In this document: positions 63,769-64,000 of the stretch, in pieces
Position numbering within the stretch: position 1 is the stretch's first letter
Layout: every line of letters begins with the position of its first letter
Assembly (NCBI GenBank): GCA_963845755.1
Contig: CAWJTV010000017.1
Coordinates: 9,889-73,888 of the forward strand
Direction: 5' to 3'
DNA length: 64,000 bases
Origin: an uncultured Planctomycetota bacterium
Lineage (GTDB): Bacteria > Planctomycetota > Planctomycetia > Isosphaerales > Isosphaeraceae
The notes under the pieces: generated by a model
Databases searched by the model: none
Seen by the model: the letters and a program-made list of their open reading frames with translations, nothing else
What the model was told of the DNA's origin: nothing
Translations under genes and position numbers: made by a program

Positions 63769-64000
63769 GCAGTCCTCCGGTCGGGGAGTGAGCGCCCTGA
63801 TCGATGAATGGAAACAGGGCGGGCTCGACCTTCCGGGGTTCGGATGCGGCCCTCGTCCTCGTCCCTGGATCCCGACCGTCCTCAGGCGGCGTAATAGCCG
63901 ACGACCTTGCGGATGGCCGCGGCCACGCTCCGGACGTACGCGCGTTCATCCCCTCGTGGATCGTCACGCGGACACACGTCTTCAGGATCGCCTCGGCCTC

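Larger units (their letters stand above)
44498..64000 (+). mobile_element. Integrative element/genomic island at tRNA-Ala; right boundary outside the window
   Basis: Integrase adjacent to tRNA, DUF1580, primase-helicase, PolA, RHH, element-specific repeats up to 63768; no second copy of the tRNA 3' end found. Confidence 0.85.

Noticed and set aside
44498..64000. attR and a complete prophage
   Set aside because: No repeat of the tRNA-Ala 3' end and no structural genes found by eye within the window

Overview
High-GC bacterial DNA, almost certainly a planctomycete (DUF1559/H-X9-DG prepilin-like gene, DUF1570, DUF1580, ECF sigma plus Ser/Thr kinase-WD40 pair, LEDRRLLS adhesin motif; Isosphaeraceae-like by inference). 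Many otherwise intact genes carry 1-2 nt frameshifts, probably long-read assembly errors. Bases 1-44.4 kb are host chromosome: an IS5 element, a repeat-riddled glycosyltransferase/O-methyltransferase cluster, phytoene-desaturase-like oxidoreductase, htpG, three secreted Gly/Cys/His-rich hypotheticals, a 9.4 kb ECF-kinase-adhesin block bracketed by a duplicated XRE regulator 5' end, and metabolic genes (aminotransferase, nucleoside deaminase, copper amine oxidase, M16 peptidase, flavoprotein disulfide reductase-like, fucose isomerase-like). From tRNA-Ala(TGC) at 44425 to beyond the window end lies an integrated element. It encodes a tyrosine integrase, DUF1580 HTH, an SSB-like protein, a PrimPol-DUF3987 primase/helicase and a family A DNA polymerase, with no virion or conjugation genes in view. 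The most striking signal is a family of about 10 inverted, triple 9-bp iteron units [(TTCGCAGAA)x3 - spacer - (TTCTGCGAA)x3] that I found only inside this element. They start in the 3' end of the primase/helicase gene and recur in clusters that bracket polA and each block of cargo genes.
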